Shown here: piece after piece, positions 39,122-50,900 of the stretch | Position numbering within the stretch: position 1 is the stretch's first letter | Layout: the number at the start of each line of letters is the position of its first letter | Assembly: GCF_963676685.1 (NCBI RefSeq) | Contig: NC_092346.1 | Coordinates: forward strand, 34,410,001-34,474,000 | Direction: 5' to 3' | Length of the DNA: 64,000 nucleotides | From: Mytilus edulis | Lineage: Eukaryota | Translations under genes and position numbers: made by a program | Notes under the pieces: model-generated | The model's database searches: none | What the model saw: only the letters and a program-made list of their open reading frames with translations | What the model was told of the DNA's origin: nothing

Positions 39122-39651
39122 TATAATGTTGTGAGCACTTCATATAATGTTGTGATCACTTCATATAATGTTGTGATCACTTCATATAATGTTGTGACCA
39201 CTGCATATACTGTTTTGACCACTTCATATAACGCTTTGACCACTGCATATAATGTTGGGAGCACTTAATATAATGTTGTGAGCACATAATATAATGTTGT
39301 GAGCACTTAATATAATGTTGTGAGCACTTAATATAATGATGTGAGCACTGCATATAATGGTGTGAGCACTTAATATAATGTTGTGAGCCCTTAATATAAT
39401 GTTGTGAGCACTTAATATAATGGTGTGAGCACTGCATATAATGTTGTGAGCACTTAATATAATGTTGTGAGCACTTAATATAATGGTGTGAGCACTGCAT
39501 ATAATGGTGTGAGCACTTAATATAATGTTGTGAGCACTTAATATAATGGTGTGAGCACTGCATATAATGGTGTGAGCACTTAATATAATGTTGTGAGCAC
39601 TTAATATAATGTTGTGAGCACTTAATATAATGGTGTGAGCACTGCAAATAA
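39122..39651 (-). repeat. Same 21-bp tandem repeat, inverted, about 25 units, right arm
   Basis: Read directly from the sequence. Confidence 0.9.
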
Positions 39652-40415
39652 TGCTGATCATTAACATAAGGCAGTCATGGCGTTCCATAAATTAATGTCT
39701 AAAGTATACACTGTTCCTCAAGGAAACCCCTTCTATATGTGTGGTGACTGGAATAGCCGATGTTCGGACTTTGTGGATTCAATCACTGGTATTGATAATC
39801 TTCCTGACAGACATGTTGTAGACTTTCAGTGTAACAGTTATGGGAAGGTTTTTTGTGAATTTCTTACAATTCTTTGGGGAAAATGAAGAGTTCCTTCAAT
39901 TTTAACAATTTTAGGTCATGCTTTGATAGAATCGTGTCAATGGTGTTACCAATTTAAAGCATACATTTAGCTACTAAATATTATTGTTTAACATCAAACA
40001 ACTGTTCCAATTTGTTGTTTAGGTTAAAATTACGACTTATATTGACATTATTCATATAGCTGTGCGCCATTCTATTCAAAAATAACAGAATACATTGTCG
40101 TAAAAAAGTTGGCTGTCCTAATCATGGCCGTTGTAAATACTAAAATATGCACTTAAAATGAATATATGTGAATTGTGTAAGATTAAATGATATTTATATA
40201 CCTATCTTCGTACACGACCTAAAAACACTTATATTTATGAATGAAAATAAAAAAAATGTCGCATTTTTATATAGTAACACCACTGACCCTTCAGTAACTC
40301 CAATGACACAAAAGTATCACCATTGACATCACATTTCAAATTTTACCTTTATTGAGTTCTGAACACAGAGCCAAGAACACCGAGCAAAAGAAAAAGAAAA
40401 AAAAATAAAGCTTAG

Positions 40416-43003
40416 CACGGTGGGTATGGTTGTCCTGCGAGAGAACGTTCTGTGCTGGTGGTTCGGTCCTGACGGGTGCTGGTGATCAATGAAAAAATGT
40501 AAACAAAGACGAAAATGATGATTTTTGACGTTTTCACTCATAAAAAATGGAAGAAAACAGTTGAGATTTTTCAATTTTGTTTCTTATGGGTTCATATGTA
40601 AACCATTAAAAAGTTGACCCTCTAAACTGTTTCAGTAAGCGTAACACAAAAATGCTCATTTTCAGAAAATCTAGCACTGAAAAAATAAAACAAAAATGTT
40701 CATAGAGTCCGTTTCTATACCGCAATCCACACGACAAAACTATTTTGTGAAAAAACCATTGCAATTTATTAAAATTTAGCATTTTCTCAATTTATTCATG
40801 TCCTGATACTGTGCTGGTGGGTCCTGTCATTGTGCTGGTGGGTCCTGATACGGTGCTGGTGATTTTGGATAAGAAGTTGGTCATATTTGAAACAAATGTT
40901 AAAAAATCAATAAAATTGGGCAGATAATTGTTGTCAATAGGATCTATGACTCCTATTTTAGCTCTTGTGCATCCATTTGGCTGTTTAATATGTGTTTTCA
41001 AATGATCGTAACTTGTAATACATAATTACATAAAAGGGCAACATCTTTCGTCCAATATCAGATATTAAACAAAAGGCTGCAACTGGTATTTTTGTATTTA
41101 AAATGATTCGTTGTAACGAGAATATTTGTGATGAATGGAAACTGTGAGGGTCAAAATCTTAAATTGCTTATAAATGTTGCTGGACCGAGTTTCGTTATCT
41201 GATCTGAATTTTTTGAAATGTGCAAGGTGTAATAGACATTGGCCTTTTGATTTTTTTACTCGGTAAGTTTTGCCCTAATTGGTTGAAGATTTTCAATATT
41301 AAAGCCGATTTTAATGAGTGTGTAGACAAAGGGAATATCTTTGATTATCTTGCTTGCTGAACAGAAAAGTCATTGTTAGGTTATGTAAACTACCCTACTT
41401 TAAGAGTAGACTAGTCCGACAAATGACACATCTTTATGTCTGTAGGACCAGGCTACTTCGAAAGGAGGGTAGTATACCTTACCTAACAATGACTTCACGG
41501 TTTTGCTTACAAGCAAGCTAACCAAAGATATTACCCCTGCCTACATACTCAATGGAATCGGCTGTAACTAAAAACTCGAATACATTTTAACAGACAGTGG
41601 TCATGTTTGTTGATGAATATTGTTTTTCCTAGATTCACTCTTGAAAAATCATTTGGTAACATTTGGTCAAGTAATTTCAGATTATATCTTTTTGTAATTG
41701 CGGACGCCAAGACAATACATGAACCTCACACGACCCCTCGACACAGGTGAGCTTATATGTGATCTTATAGCGATTGGGGTTGATAACCAGTTGAAAGTAA
41801 ACCAGTTTTGTGTGTGTGTGTGTATTGTTTTAAACTGTTATGACCTTTTAAAGTTAAATGTAGGTGTTTAATCTAAGAATTTCTTTTTTAAACTTATATA
41901 CTTGTTTTATACTCAATTGGTAGTACGAAGCTACGAGGTATTTTAATTTTCGAAATTGACATATTCCAGTATGCCCTTTCATAAAATAGTGATTTTTTTT
42001 AGTATTCTATCGAACTTTTAAAATACAACTTTTAAATCTTACGGGAAACTATTCCAAGCTTAAAACTTACACTGTAACCTCGCTCTAACTTATCCCCCCC
42101 CCCAAAAAAAAAAACCAAACAAACAAACAAACAAACAAACCCGCATCACTATTGTCATTCTTATAGTCAGCACTAAATGGTTCACAAACAAATGTGTTTT
42201 AAGCTGCTAAAGACATATGATTCAAACGCTCAGAAAGTCTTTTGTTCTATATTTTTGCTCTCCATTTTTATGCAAAACCTTTTACATTTTTATTTCATGG
42301 GTTATTGTTGAAGGTCGTACGATGACGTATGGTTGTTAACACATACTTCCTTTGGTTTCTTATGGAAATTTGTCCATTGACAACAAACATACCACATCAT
42401 CTACTTTATATAAGTATTGTATAAATTACAACGTATTTTGGTGATCTTGCAAAAAATGATCGTAATCCCGAAAATCGTAAACATATTTTCTTATCTTAAA
42501 AGGGGACAAGAAGAGTTCCATTAACAGGCCAATAAATAAGATTACAGTTAATTAAAAAAAAAAGGGGGTATTATTTCTCTCATAATAACAGTAAACAGAT
42601 TCACAACAATGTCAATTTCAAGAAAGCAGACAGCAGTTAATTAGTCAATAACAGTACAGCATCAATGATCTTGAATATATGCCACTTTTAACAAAAATAT
42701 AAAGACACAGAACCAGGACATAGGAGCACTGAACCAGGACCGTTTTTCTTATCACCAGCACAGCGTCAGGACAATTCCGTTTAACGAACTTGCACGAATT
42801 TTGCAATATAATATTGTTGTAATATACTTTGCATGGTACTTATGACGCATCAGAGAAAAATTAAGCAACACAACAGTCGTTTTATTGCCGTTCTGATACA
42901 ATGTAAACAAACCCACCAGCACAGAATCAGGACCCACCAGCACCTGACAGGACCAAATCACCAGCACAGAACGTTCTCTCGCAGGACAACCATACCCACC
43001 GTG
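40416..43003. mobile_element. Non-autonomous Transib-like DNA transposon (2588 bp)
   Basis: CTTAG|CACGGTGGGTATGGTTGTCCTGCGAGAGAACGTTCTGTGCTGGTG...reverse complement|CTTAG. 45-bp perfect TIR, 5-bp TSD, subterminal GTGCTGGTGGGTCCTG repeats. Confidence 0.85.
41303..41563. repeat. Degenerate palindromic MITE nested in the Transib-like element
   Basis: AGCCGATTTTAATGAGTGTGTAGAC... is matched by the reverse complement of ...CCTACATACTCAATGGAATCGGCT. Confidence 0.55.
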
Positions 43004-43563
43004 CTTAGGCTAAAATATCTCAAATTATATAACATAACATCAATAACTAAAAATGTCAATAGTGTTACTAAATAGTGTCATTTATGTTACCAGCATACAC
43101 CAGTTTGTGAAAACTTTGTATGTGTTATACATGATATTGTTAAACCATTGTTAAATAAGTATTGTTTTTGACAGTAACACCAATGATTTAAGGTGTATTT
43201 TAAGATTTAGTTACGAAATAAGTGGTCCATTCCCCTATTCTATATGTTGTTCCTGGTGCATGTTTCTATAATCAATATATTTCATACTTCAAAATTCAGG
43301 AAATGTTTTCAAAAAAAAATTTGTATAAGGGTACACCATGGACACTATTTTCAATTATGATATAGCTTTTACTTACTTTTAAGATTTTAACTAAATTTTC
43401 AACATAATTGGTTTTTTTTTGTTTGAAAAACATGCTTACAGGTTATATTGCTAAAGGGAGAAACTGTTGTAAATGCCCAAATCTTGCGAAAGATAACTCT
43501 TAACCTAATCTCTGGCGTTCTTTCCTCATTCCCTCTACTTTTTTCAGTATAGATAAGTTACTA

Positions 43564-44920
43564 AGCCGTGTTCACACCAAACGCCATGTACAGTAAACTT
43601 GTTTACAATTAGTTTAACGTACTGGCCATTGGTTTCACATTAAATTTGTCCACATCTATACACCTTGTTTAATTACCTGTACATAAGATTTGTTCACATT
43701 TGTAAACTCTATGTCATTTAAATGTTCATTACGTAGTACCGAATGTTAAGTTTTCGGACAACTTTTCTAGCAGTAAGGAAACGACCATTTGACTTCAAAT
43801 CGGGGGGGAAAAGGGGGGGGGGGGTGTATCGATGGAAATATTCCGAACCCCAATTGGATAAAAAAAGGTCCCAAGGATGATACAAAAATATTCTAAATCA
43901 AGAGTTTCCCCATACATTATAGTGTTCAATTTTGAAGAAAAAAAATTGATTACCAGCATCGAAAAAAAAAAAAAAACGGAATAAAACGTTTGCGCGGAAA
44001 AATTTCTGGCTCAGATAAGTTATCAAAATACCCCCCCCCCTTTTTTTTCCTTTTTTTAAGTTAAGTGGTTACTTCTTTATGAAAGCCATTTTGCTGATTT
44101 GCAGTAGTTTGAAAATAATAAAGATGGTTCGTTTAAGCAATAGAAAACGTAGGCTGCAGCAGCGTGCTTACAGGCGAAGAATATATATTTTTATTCTCAT
44201 AAAGCCAATGCATTACGTCGGTACAGAGATTACGGTACAGAGATTGAAGGAGAAGAAGGAATGATATTTTAGGGATAACTATATTCCTATTTGTTCTGTT
44301 TGTTTCAAATGATATTTCTTCTCCAAGGAGTATTTGGTAAAGGAGGGGGTAATGTTTTTTTTGTTTTTTGTTTTAAAGGTATTTAACGGATCCGAGATAC
44401 ATGTACTAGACAAACAATACATTTACCTCACACTTTTTAAGTAATGCATTTATGAGTGAATCGTTGTTTGAGTAGACCAGTGGCAAACATTTCTGTCAAG
44501 TCAAGTCGATTCGGAAAGAACTTAATTTTCAAATGAATTATGTGTTCGGCAATGATGCTGCTTTGAGTCTTGATAAGGGCTTAATAAAGCTACGTTAAGT
44601 TTTAAAAAAAAACAAATAAATATATCAAGTTTAGACAAATATTTCCGTAAAGAACTTTATTAATAATTGTTATAAATATCAATTTTATTCAAAAATTGTT
44701 TCTTCCTTAAATATACACGGTGAAACTAATGTTTTAAATGCCTAGTTTTGTGTACACTTAATCTACACAAGGCCTACATCGAGTATCGACTGCATGTAGA
44801 CAAAACATGTTTTACACTACATGTAAACATTGAATTTTATCAATGGGAACGTAATTTAGTTTAGTTTACGTGTGAGTTACACTTACACAACACCGAGTTT
44901 AGGTCAATGTGAACACGGCC
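43564..44920. mobile_element. Harbinger-like non-autonomous element with a nested MITE at about 43775-44078
   Basis: Ends (A/G)GCCGTGTTCACA...TGTGAACACGGCC, flanked by CTA and TTA. Confidence 0.55.
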
Positions 44921-45944
44921 TTATTATATTTATGTTGTTTATATTATATGATGTATGACTTAAAAAATGTAACATTTCCTTTTGGTGAAATTTTTTATTA
45001 TAAAACCAACATACACCACACCTCCTAAATCATTAAAAAAATGTTTGTATGTATCAAAATGCAATAAAAGTGATAAATCAAAAAACAAATCATATGAGTA
45101 ATAGTCCTATTTCAAGTCTGAAAGGATTTATAGTAAAAAATAACCGTTAATTCTGGCTATCTCCAAGAGTTTAAGAAAACATTAAGGATGTTTTTATAAC
45201 ATTTCATACTGTAAACTGTATATTGTGTATCACAAAACATTCATATCTAAGATATGCAAGTGTTATTTTGATATATTTTCATGTCTGTGACTTAAAAAGA
45301 CCCAATAACATAGTTTTGCATGTATTTTTGATGGGTTTTTTTCATGACCCATACACCGATTTTAATCAAATTTCTTATATTTGAATTATTTATACAATAT
45401 AAAACATTTATCCAAAATATTAAAAGTCTGACAGAAACAATTAACAGGGCACAGGAATGAAAAATCGTAGCTTGGTATGACTGTGTGTATTTTAGTCTCA
45501 GACTGTATAATAATAATTAAGTATATAGACGCCATCTAATTAATTATCGAGTTGACCTATAAAGTCATTCGATGACCATATAAGCAATGTAAACATAAAT
45601 ATAGCTATAAATAGATTTAGCAAACTCGTGCTGTTCGATTTGTTTAGGTCTAGTTAATTTCATATAATAGATGAAAAATAAATGTTTATAATCGTTTTTA
45701 ACTGTATAAGAGTGATATTTTGTGGATCGAAACAGTCAATCAAATGATTTACCTTTGTTTCACTTTCAATGTAGACATTCTTTTCTTTTAAATAACTTTA
45801 CACATACAATTCACGTGTTATCAATCTGAGGCTCAGGGGTTAAATTAAAGTTCACACGAATACGAATTCAATGAGGTTGAATTATTCACTTGCAAGTAAA
45901 TAATTCATAACCAATGTAATACAATTAACGGTACCAATTTTCTT

Positions 45945-45988
45945 GCACCAGATGCGCATTTCGACAATACATGTCTCTTCAGTGATGC
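45945..45988 (-). ncRNA. Minimal type I hammerhead ribozyme in a solo retrozyme fragment (about 45925-46054)
   Basis: Consensus-perfect GCAUCA-CUGAAGA-GACAuguauUGUC-GAAA-UGCGCA-UC-UGGUGC; same family as 16612-17445. Confidence 0.8.
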
Positions 45989-46233
45989 TCGTGGCCAAAA
46001 TATTTGCAATCCAAAGCTTATATAAAAGATGAAGAGCTATTATCCAAAAGGTCCTAATTTAGCTAATTTTGAAAAAATTCATAACCAATGTAATTTAGCT
46101 TATTTTGACAAAATTGAACCATACTGGCTGCTAAAAGTGAATTATTATTCCACTATTTCCATTTTATTAATGATTGAGCCGAAAATAATAATATATTAGA
46201 TTTTTATATATCTCGTAGCTAGTGCCCCTTTAA

Positions 46234-46947
46234 GGTAGCACAATACAAAGATTTTTCATCCCCAATCAGACATCTTTAAACTGATGTAATTCCACTCATC
46301 CTTCTTTAAATTTTATAAATGAGGTACCAAAAGAAAGAAGAATGATTTATCTTTCAAATTGTGATAATTTCATGATGACATAATTATTACATAATTAATT
46401 GTTATGTAATTAGTTGCTATATTGTGATATCATTACTTGAATGAATTTAGCTTCTTTGTTATTCATAGCATCCCAAAATATTTTATAGATTCTTGCACAA
46501 CACAGTTTGACCTCCAAAACTGTGTCTCAGATTTTTCCTATTGTATTTCATTCTCTCATAAATCTTCAATGAAGTTTGCAACAGCAATTCATGAGAGATC
46601 ACTAAATTCAATGTGGCATAAAATTTGTTCTATTGATGTTTTTGGAAATCTGAGACACAGTTTTGGAGGTCAAGCTGTGTTGTACAAGAATCTATAAAAT
46701 ATTTCGGGATGCTATGAAGAACAAAGAAGCTAAATTCATTCAAATGTGGACATCACAATATAGCAACTAATTACATAATAATTGATTATGTAATAATTAT
46801 GTCATAATGAAATTATCACAATTTGAAAGATTAATCTTTCTTCTTTCTTTTGGTACCTCATTTATAAAATATAAAGAAGGATGAAATGAATTACATCAGT
46901 TTAAAGTTGTCTGATTGGGAGTGAACAAATCTTTGTATTGTGCTACC
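46234..46947. mobile_element. Long palindromic MITE, Kolobok-like (TTAA TSD)
   Basis: TTAA|GGTAGCACAATACAAAG...CTTTGTATTGTGCTACC|TTAA, with arms of about 300 bp that are near-perfect inverted copies. Confidence 0.85.
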
Positions 46948-47910
46948 TTAAGTGTTCAAATTTAAGACCTACTTCCCTTAGTCTGTACAGAAAACTAATG
47001 TCAACAATAACAATTCAAGATCAAAAACCTTAATATAACAATATTGAACAGAACTTTCAATTGATTTAAATAATCAAATAGTGCTAAATCCACGTCTACC
47101 CGTGTATTAAAATAAGGCCCGCCTCCCTATTAAAACAATATAGAATATACACGGTCACCACGCGAACGCTTTTAACCAATCATATTCCAAGAAATGTATA
47201 GGATGTAAGATAAATGGGACTCCCTGAATCCTTTCTAATTTGAACACTGTAATAATAGGTTATAGGTTCGAGCGTGCTTTTCTTAGTCAAAAGACAAATC
47301 GTATACACTGGCACAGAATACTTCTCATGACGCATGTACAGCAGAAGATGTTACCTGCTCTCAACCTAGGTACTATAAGCAATAATCACTTGTTGACCTC
47401 TTTCATTTGTGGTTTCTAACTGGACTGATGGGAATTGATAACAATTTGATACCTGTACCATTGAAATCTATATTAGTGAAAGAATACATATGGCCGAGTA
47501 GGAATTGACGTGGAGGGAGTTTTAGTGGGTGAAAACATCTGTATTATTTTTGACAAGAGAAAATTTTTGACATGAAATAAAAGAAATCAAATTTAAATCA
47601 AATGACCCTAGGACAAGTTAACAATCATATTCAGTCATGCGTATCTGAACAATTATGTTACATACAGGTCTAACAGTATATGACAGTACTTAAACTATTC
47701 TTTAAACTTTTAACAAATTATAATTATTCAGATTGAACCTCTGACATTTCGCTGCTACATTAACAAACGTTAAATGTAATTTATTCTTACTTAAATGGAT
47801 ATTAATTTTATTAAATTACATTATTACTGCCAGTTTATATATATATAAATATACCATAAGAGTAACTATTCCCAAAGTCTAGCTAAGCCTTCATCCTGTC
47901 TAAAGTCAAG

Positions 47911-50900
47911 ATGTTGAAGATCGTGATGTTGTTTGCTTTCCTTTTTGTCTATCATGGTAAGTTCAAAAATTGAAAATATCGAATTAGTTCCTTTTTTTCT
48001 TAATTTGTAATAGCTATGTAATTAAAATCGTGAATTGTTATATATTTACATTTTCGTTTAAATCACATTTATCTGCATACTTGATTTAGCTTAATGTTGG
48101 TTGGTCAATTTAATATTTTATGATATTTTAATTGATCTGTCTTTTCTTAATCATACGAAACAATGACTCGTTTTAATTATAATTCTTATATACTTTACTT
48201 AGCACTCTGTATATATACGTTTTTAAGAACATTTTGTCTACGAATACATAACATATATCAACACCAAATATTTAATTATGTTATTGTTGATTAAAACTAT
48301 GGCTGCTACATACATGTTATTATAGACTATTTTTTAAATAACCGACTTTCTAGATAAACAATACTATAGCTAGTAGTTTGCTAAACACACCTCTGTTGAT
48401 CCGGAAGGGTCAATAATCTTATGGTATTGTTATTTAATAAATACCAAAAGTTTGCAGGTCAACATTACATTACAGTTATTATCAAATTTGACAAATACAT
48501 AAGTTTGGACACGTAATGTTATAAGTACAGACCAGTATATTGTAACGCCGCCTCCTCTTCTATAATTATTATCTCCTCGGAATTGCTGATCATTTTGATT
48601 TTTGATAATAAGTACTTCACTCGTCAAAGATTCAATACTTTGTTTGATTTCATTTATTTCCCGTTTCAGATCAGGCTCTTGAACGGTTTTAATATCGACA
48701 ATGCGAACATTTCGACCTTTCCGTATATCGGCAACTCGTAATGCTTCGAGTCTAACAGCAATATTTTCTGCCTCATTTATTGATTTTGGTCCAACCTCCC
48801 TTACTCTGAGACGTACTTCTGTTTCAATTATTGCATCAATAAAAGAATCTAAAGCTAATGTGTCCCTAACCAGTGGAGAGGTACCAGGATAAGCCCTACG
48901 TGTCAGTTTCTTAATAGCCTGGGCTAAATCAGGCAGACTTTCATTGTTAAATCGTACTCGTGTTTGCAACTCTGCTCTAAACACTTCAGCTCTATTGACT
49001 GAACCAAACCTATTCTTAAGAGACGTGACCAAACTGTCAAAATCGTGACGATCGACTTCCGTGATTTCATTTAGAATTGCTCCTGCTCCGCCGGACAAAC
49101 TACTAGCCAATAACAAAGCTTTTGTTTTTGAGTTCCAATTGTGCAATTCTGCTAACATTATTTGTAAACATGGATCGATCTTTATCAATAAAGATGGGTT
49201 TTTACTTTAAATTTATTAGTTGATCATAAGAACAGTTTTATTTGAGTTTAGAGTATAATAAGGTAACTACCGCGAAAATACGGAATCAGTACGTGAAATA
49301 AAACTTCTTAACAAACTAACATACACAAATCTGTCGTATCATGGAAACAACAGCCAAAATAGCAAATTAAAAGTCTTACATTATTTGCAACATTAAACAT
49401 CTCAGTAACAACTATCGTTTATTCTCAATAATTTCAAGAAACTATACAGACATAGGTTTAAATATAAAAAGGGTGAATGCCATCATTACAATATCTAGAA
49501 ATTAAAACGGATCCATTCACCCAGATGGCAGTATGGAGCTCACGATCTATCATCAAAAAATTTAATATGCAGTTTTCAAGGTCGTGTGCTCAACAACCTT
49601 CTTTGTAAAGTTCTTGTCTGCTCTCTGGTCGGATTGTTGTCTCTTTGACACATTCCCCATTTCCATCCTCAATTTTACTTGATGAGCCCTTGTCTTTTTA
49701 TGCACATAAGCATGGTTAAAATCTGAATATCAAGTCCAGACATAAAGATAAGAATATCAAATTGTCTTCTTCATTTACGAAATATGGCCACAAAGAAAGA
49801 AGGAGGTGTGGGTACAACTACGTACATCCCCCTATTTGGTCCTACACATGATCCACACTTGAGTTGTTTGAAAGTATTTAGTATAACAAAAGTATTTTCA
49901 ATCAAATTTCATTTTAGTTGACTGTTTTGTCAAGGTTGAAAACTACCAGAATTCGGTTTATATACAAAGAGGTTTCTCCAGAGGGTATAGTTTCGAAAAA
50001 GCACCAGATACAACCGTTTTTGAACCAAGAGGCTATGATTTGATGTCTGATAAGAGTTTTTTCTGGGTTGAAAGTGTAAACAAGAAAGGTAAGATTATAA
50101 ATTAAATATCATAATTATGTATAATTCACCTTACAAGCTTAATTTAAAATTGTCAAAAAGAAATTTAATCCCTAAAAAAAGAAACAAATAAAGAAACAAA
50201 TAAGACCGCAAACCTTTGTGAAATAACGCTAACCATTGCGCTATTTTTACAAAACTAACGCAAACATTTGAATTTCATTTATTCGATAAGTTTTGTATAA
50301 ATGTAATTTATTGCAAATTTAGTGTCTCGAGTCTTTGAAGGCAGGGTATTGATCTTTTTGTGTATTGAACTTGTATATTTATTTGTATGATTAATATGTG
50401 ACACTTTAATCAAATAATCAGTAACCACTATCATTATTATCATATAATTTATGTCTTTCTGTCATTAAAATATGATTGTGATTAAGTTCAGAGAAGAACC
50501 ATAAATACAAGACCAAATGATTAATAATAGATATGCAAAGGAATAGAAAAGATATCAGAATGTATAGTTATCAAAGGTACCAGCATTATAGAATGAAATT
50601 CAAAACAGTGTGGCTGTGGCCATTGATTGACACATTAAATTCATCCATTGACTGGGACAATTTACGTGAACGTTTGTCTGTAACGACCACTGTTCACGAC
50701 GTACCTACGATAGACATTTAAACTGTGGGGTCACCAAAGATTTCTTAACGCCTTTAATTATAAAATAATTCGAAAAAATAATCAGGAATAACCTTTATGT
50801 TTTGATTTATATAATTGATATAAATCAAAACATCATGTTATTTCTGATTAATTTTTTCGAATTACTTTATTGAGGTGTTTAGAACCTTTGGTGACCCCAT

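Larger units (their letters stand above)
35969..39689. mobile_element. Foldback-type non-autonomous DNA transposon, IS3EU-like ends (3721 bp)
   Basis: AATTAA|TATGGAACGCCATGACTGCC...GGCAGTCATGGCGTTCCATA|AATTAA. Apparent 6-bp TSD. Inverted arms at about 35969-36410 and 38975-39689. Confidence 0.8.
35002..39867 (+). mobile_element. Decayed non-LTR retrotransposon 5' region (putative ORF1 piece plus APE endonuclease), split by an insertion at 35969-39689
   Basis: 35582-35960: LDILGLAETHL...GSGSVGILVR...VVYLPPEN. It continues after 39690 as LMSKVY...FYMCGDWNSR...NSYGKVFCEFL (APE GD.N motif). Internal stop and frameshift. Confidence 0.75.

Noticed and set aside
35970-39688. ORFs with CSHHYIK/SAHNIIL repeats that resemble metal-binding proteins, or a CRISPR-like array
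   Set aside because: They are translations of a 21-bp minisatellite in transposon arms, open in two frames by chance. There are no unique spacers and no cas genes, and the context is eukaryotic.
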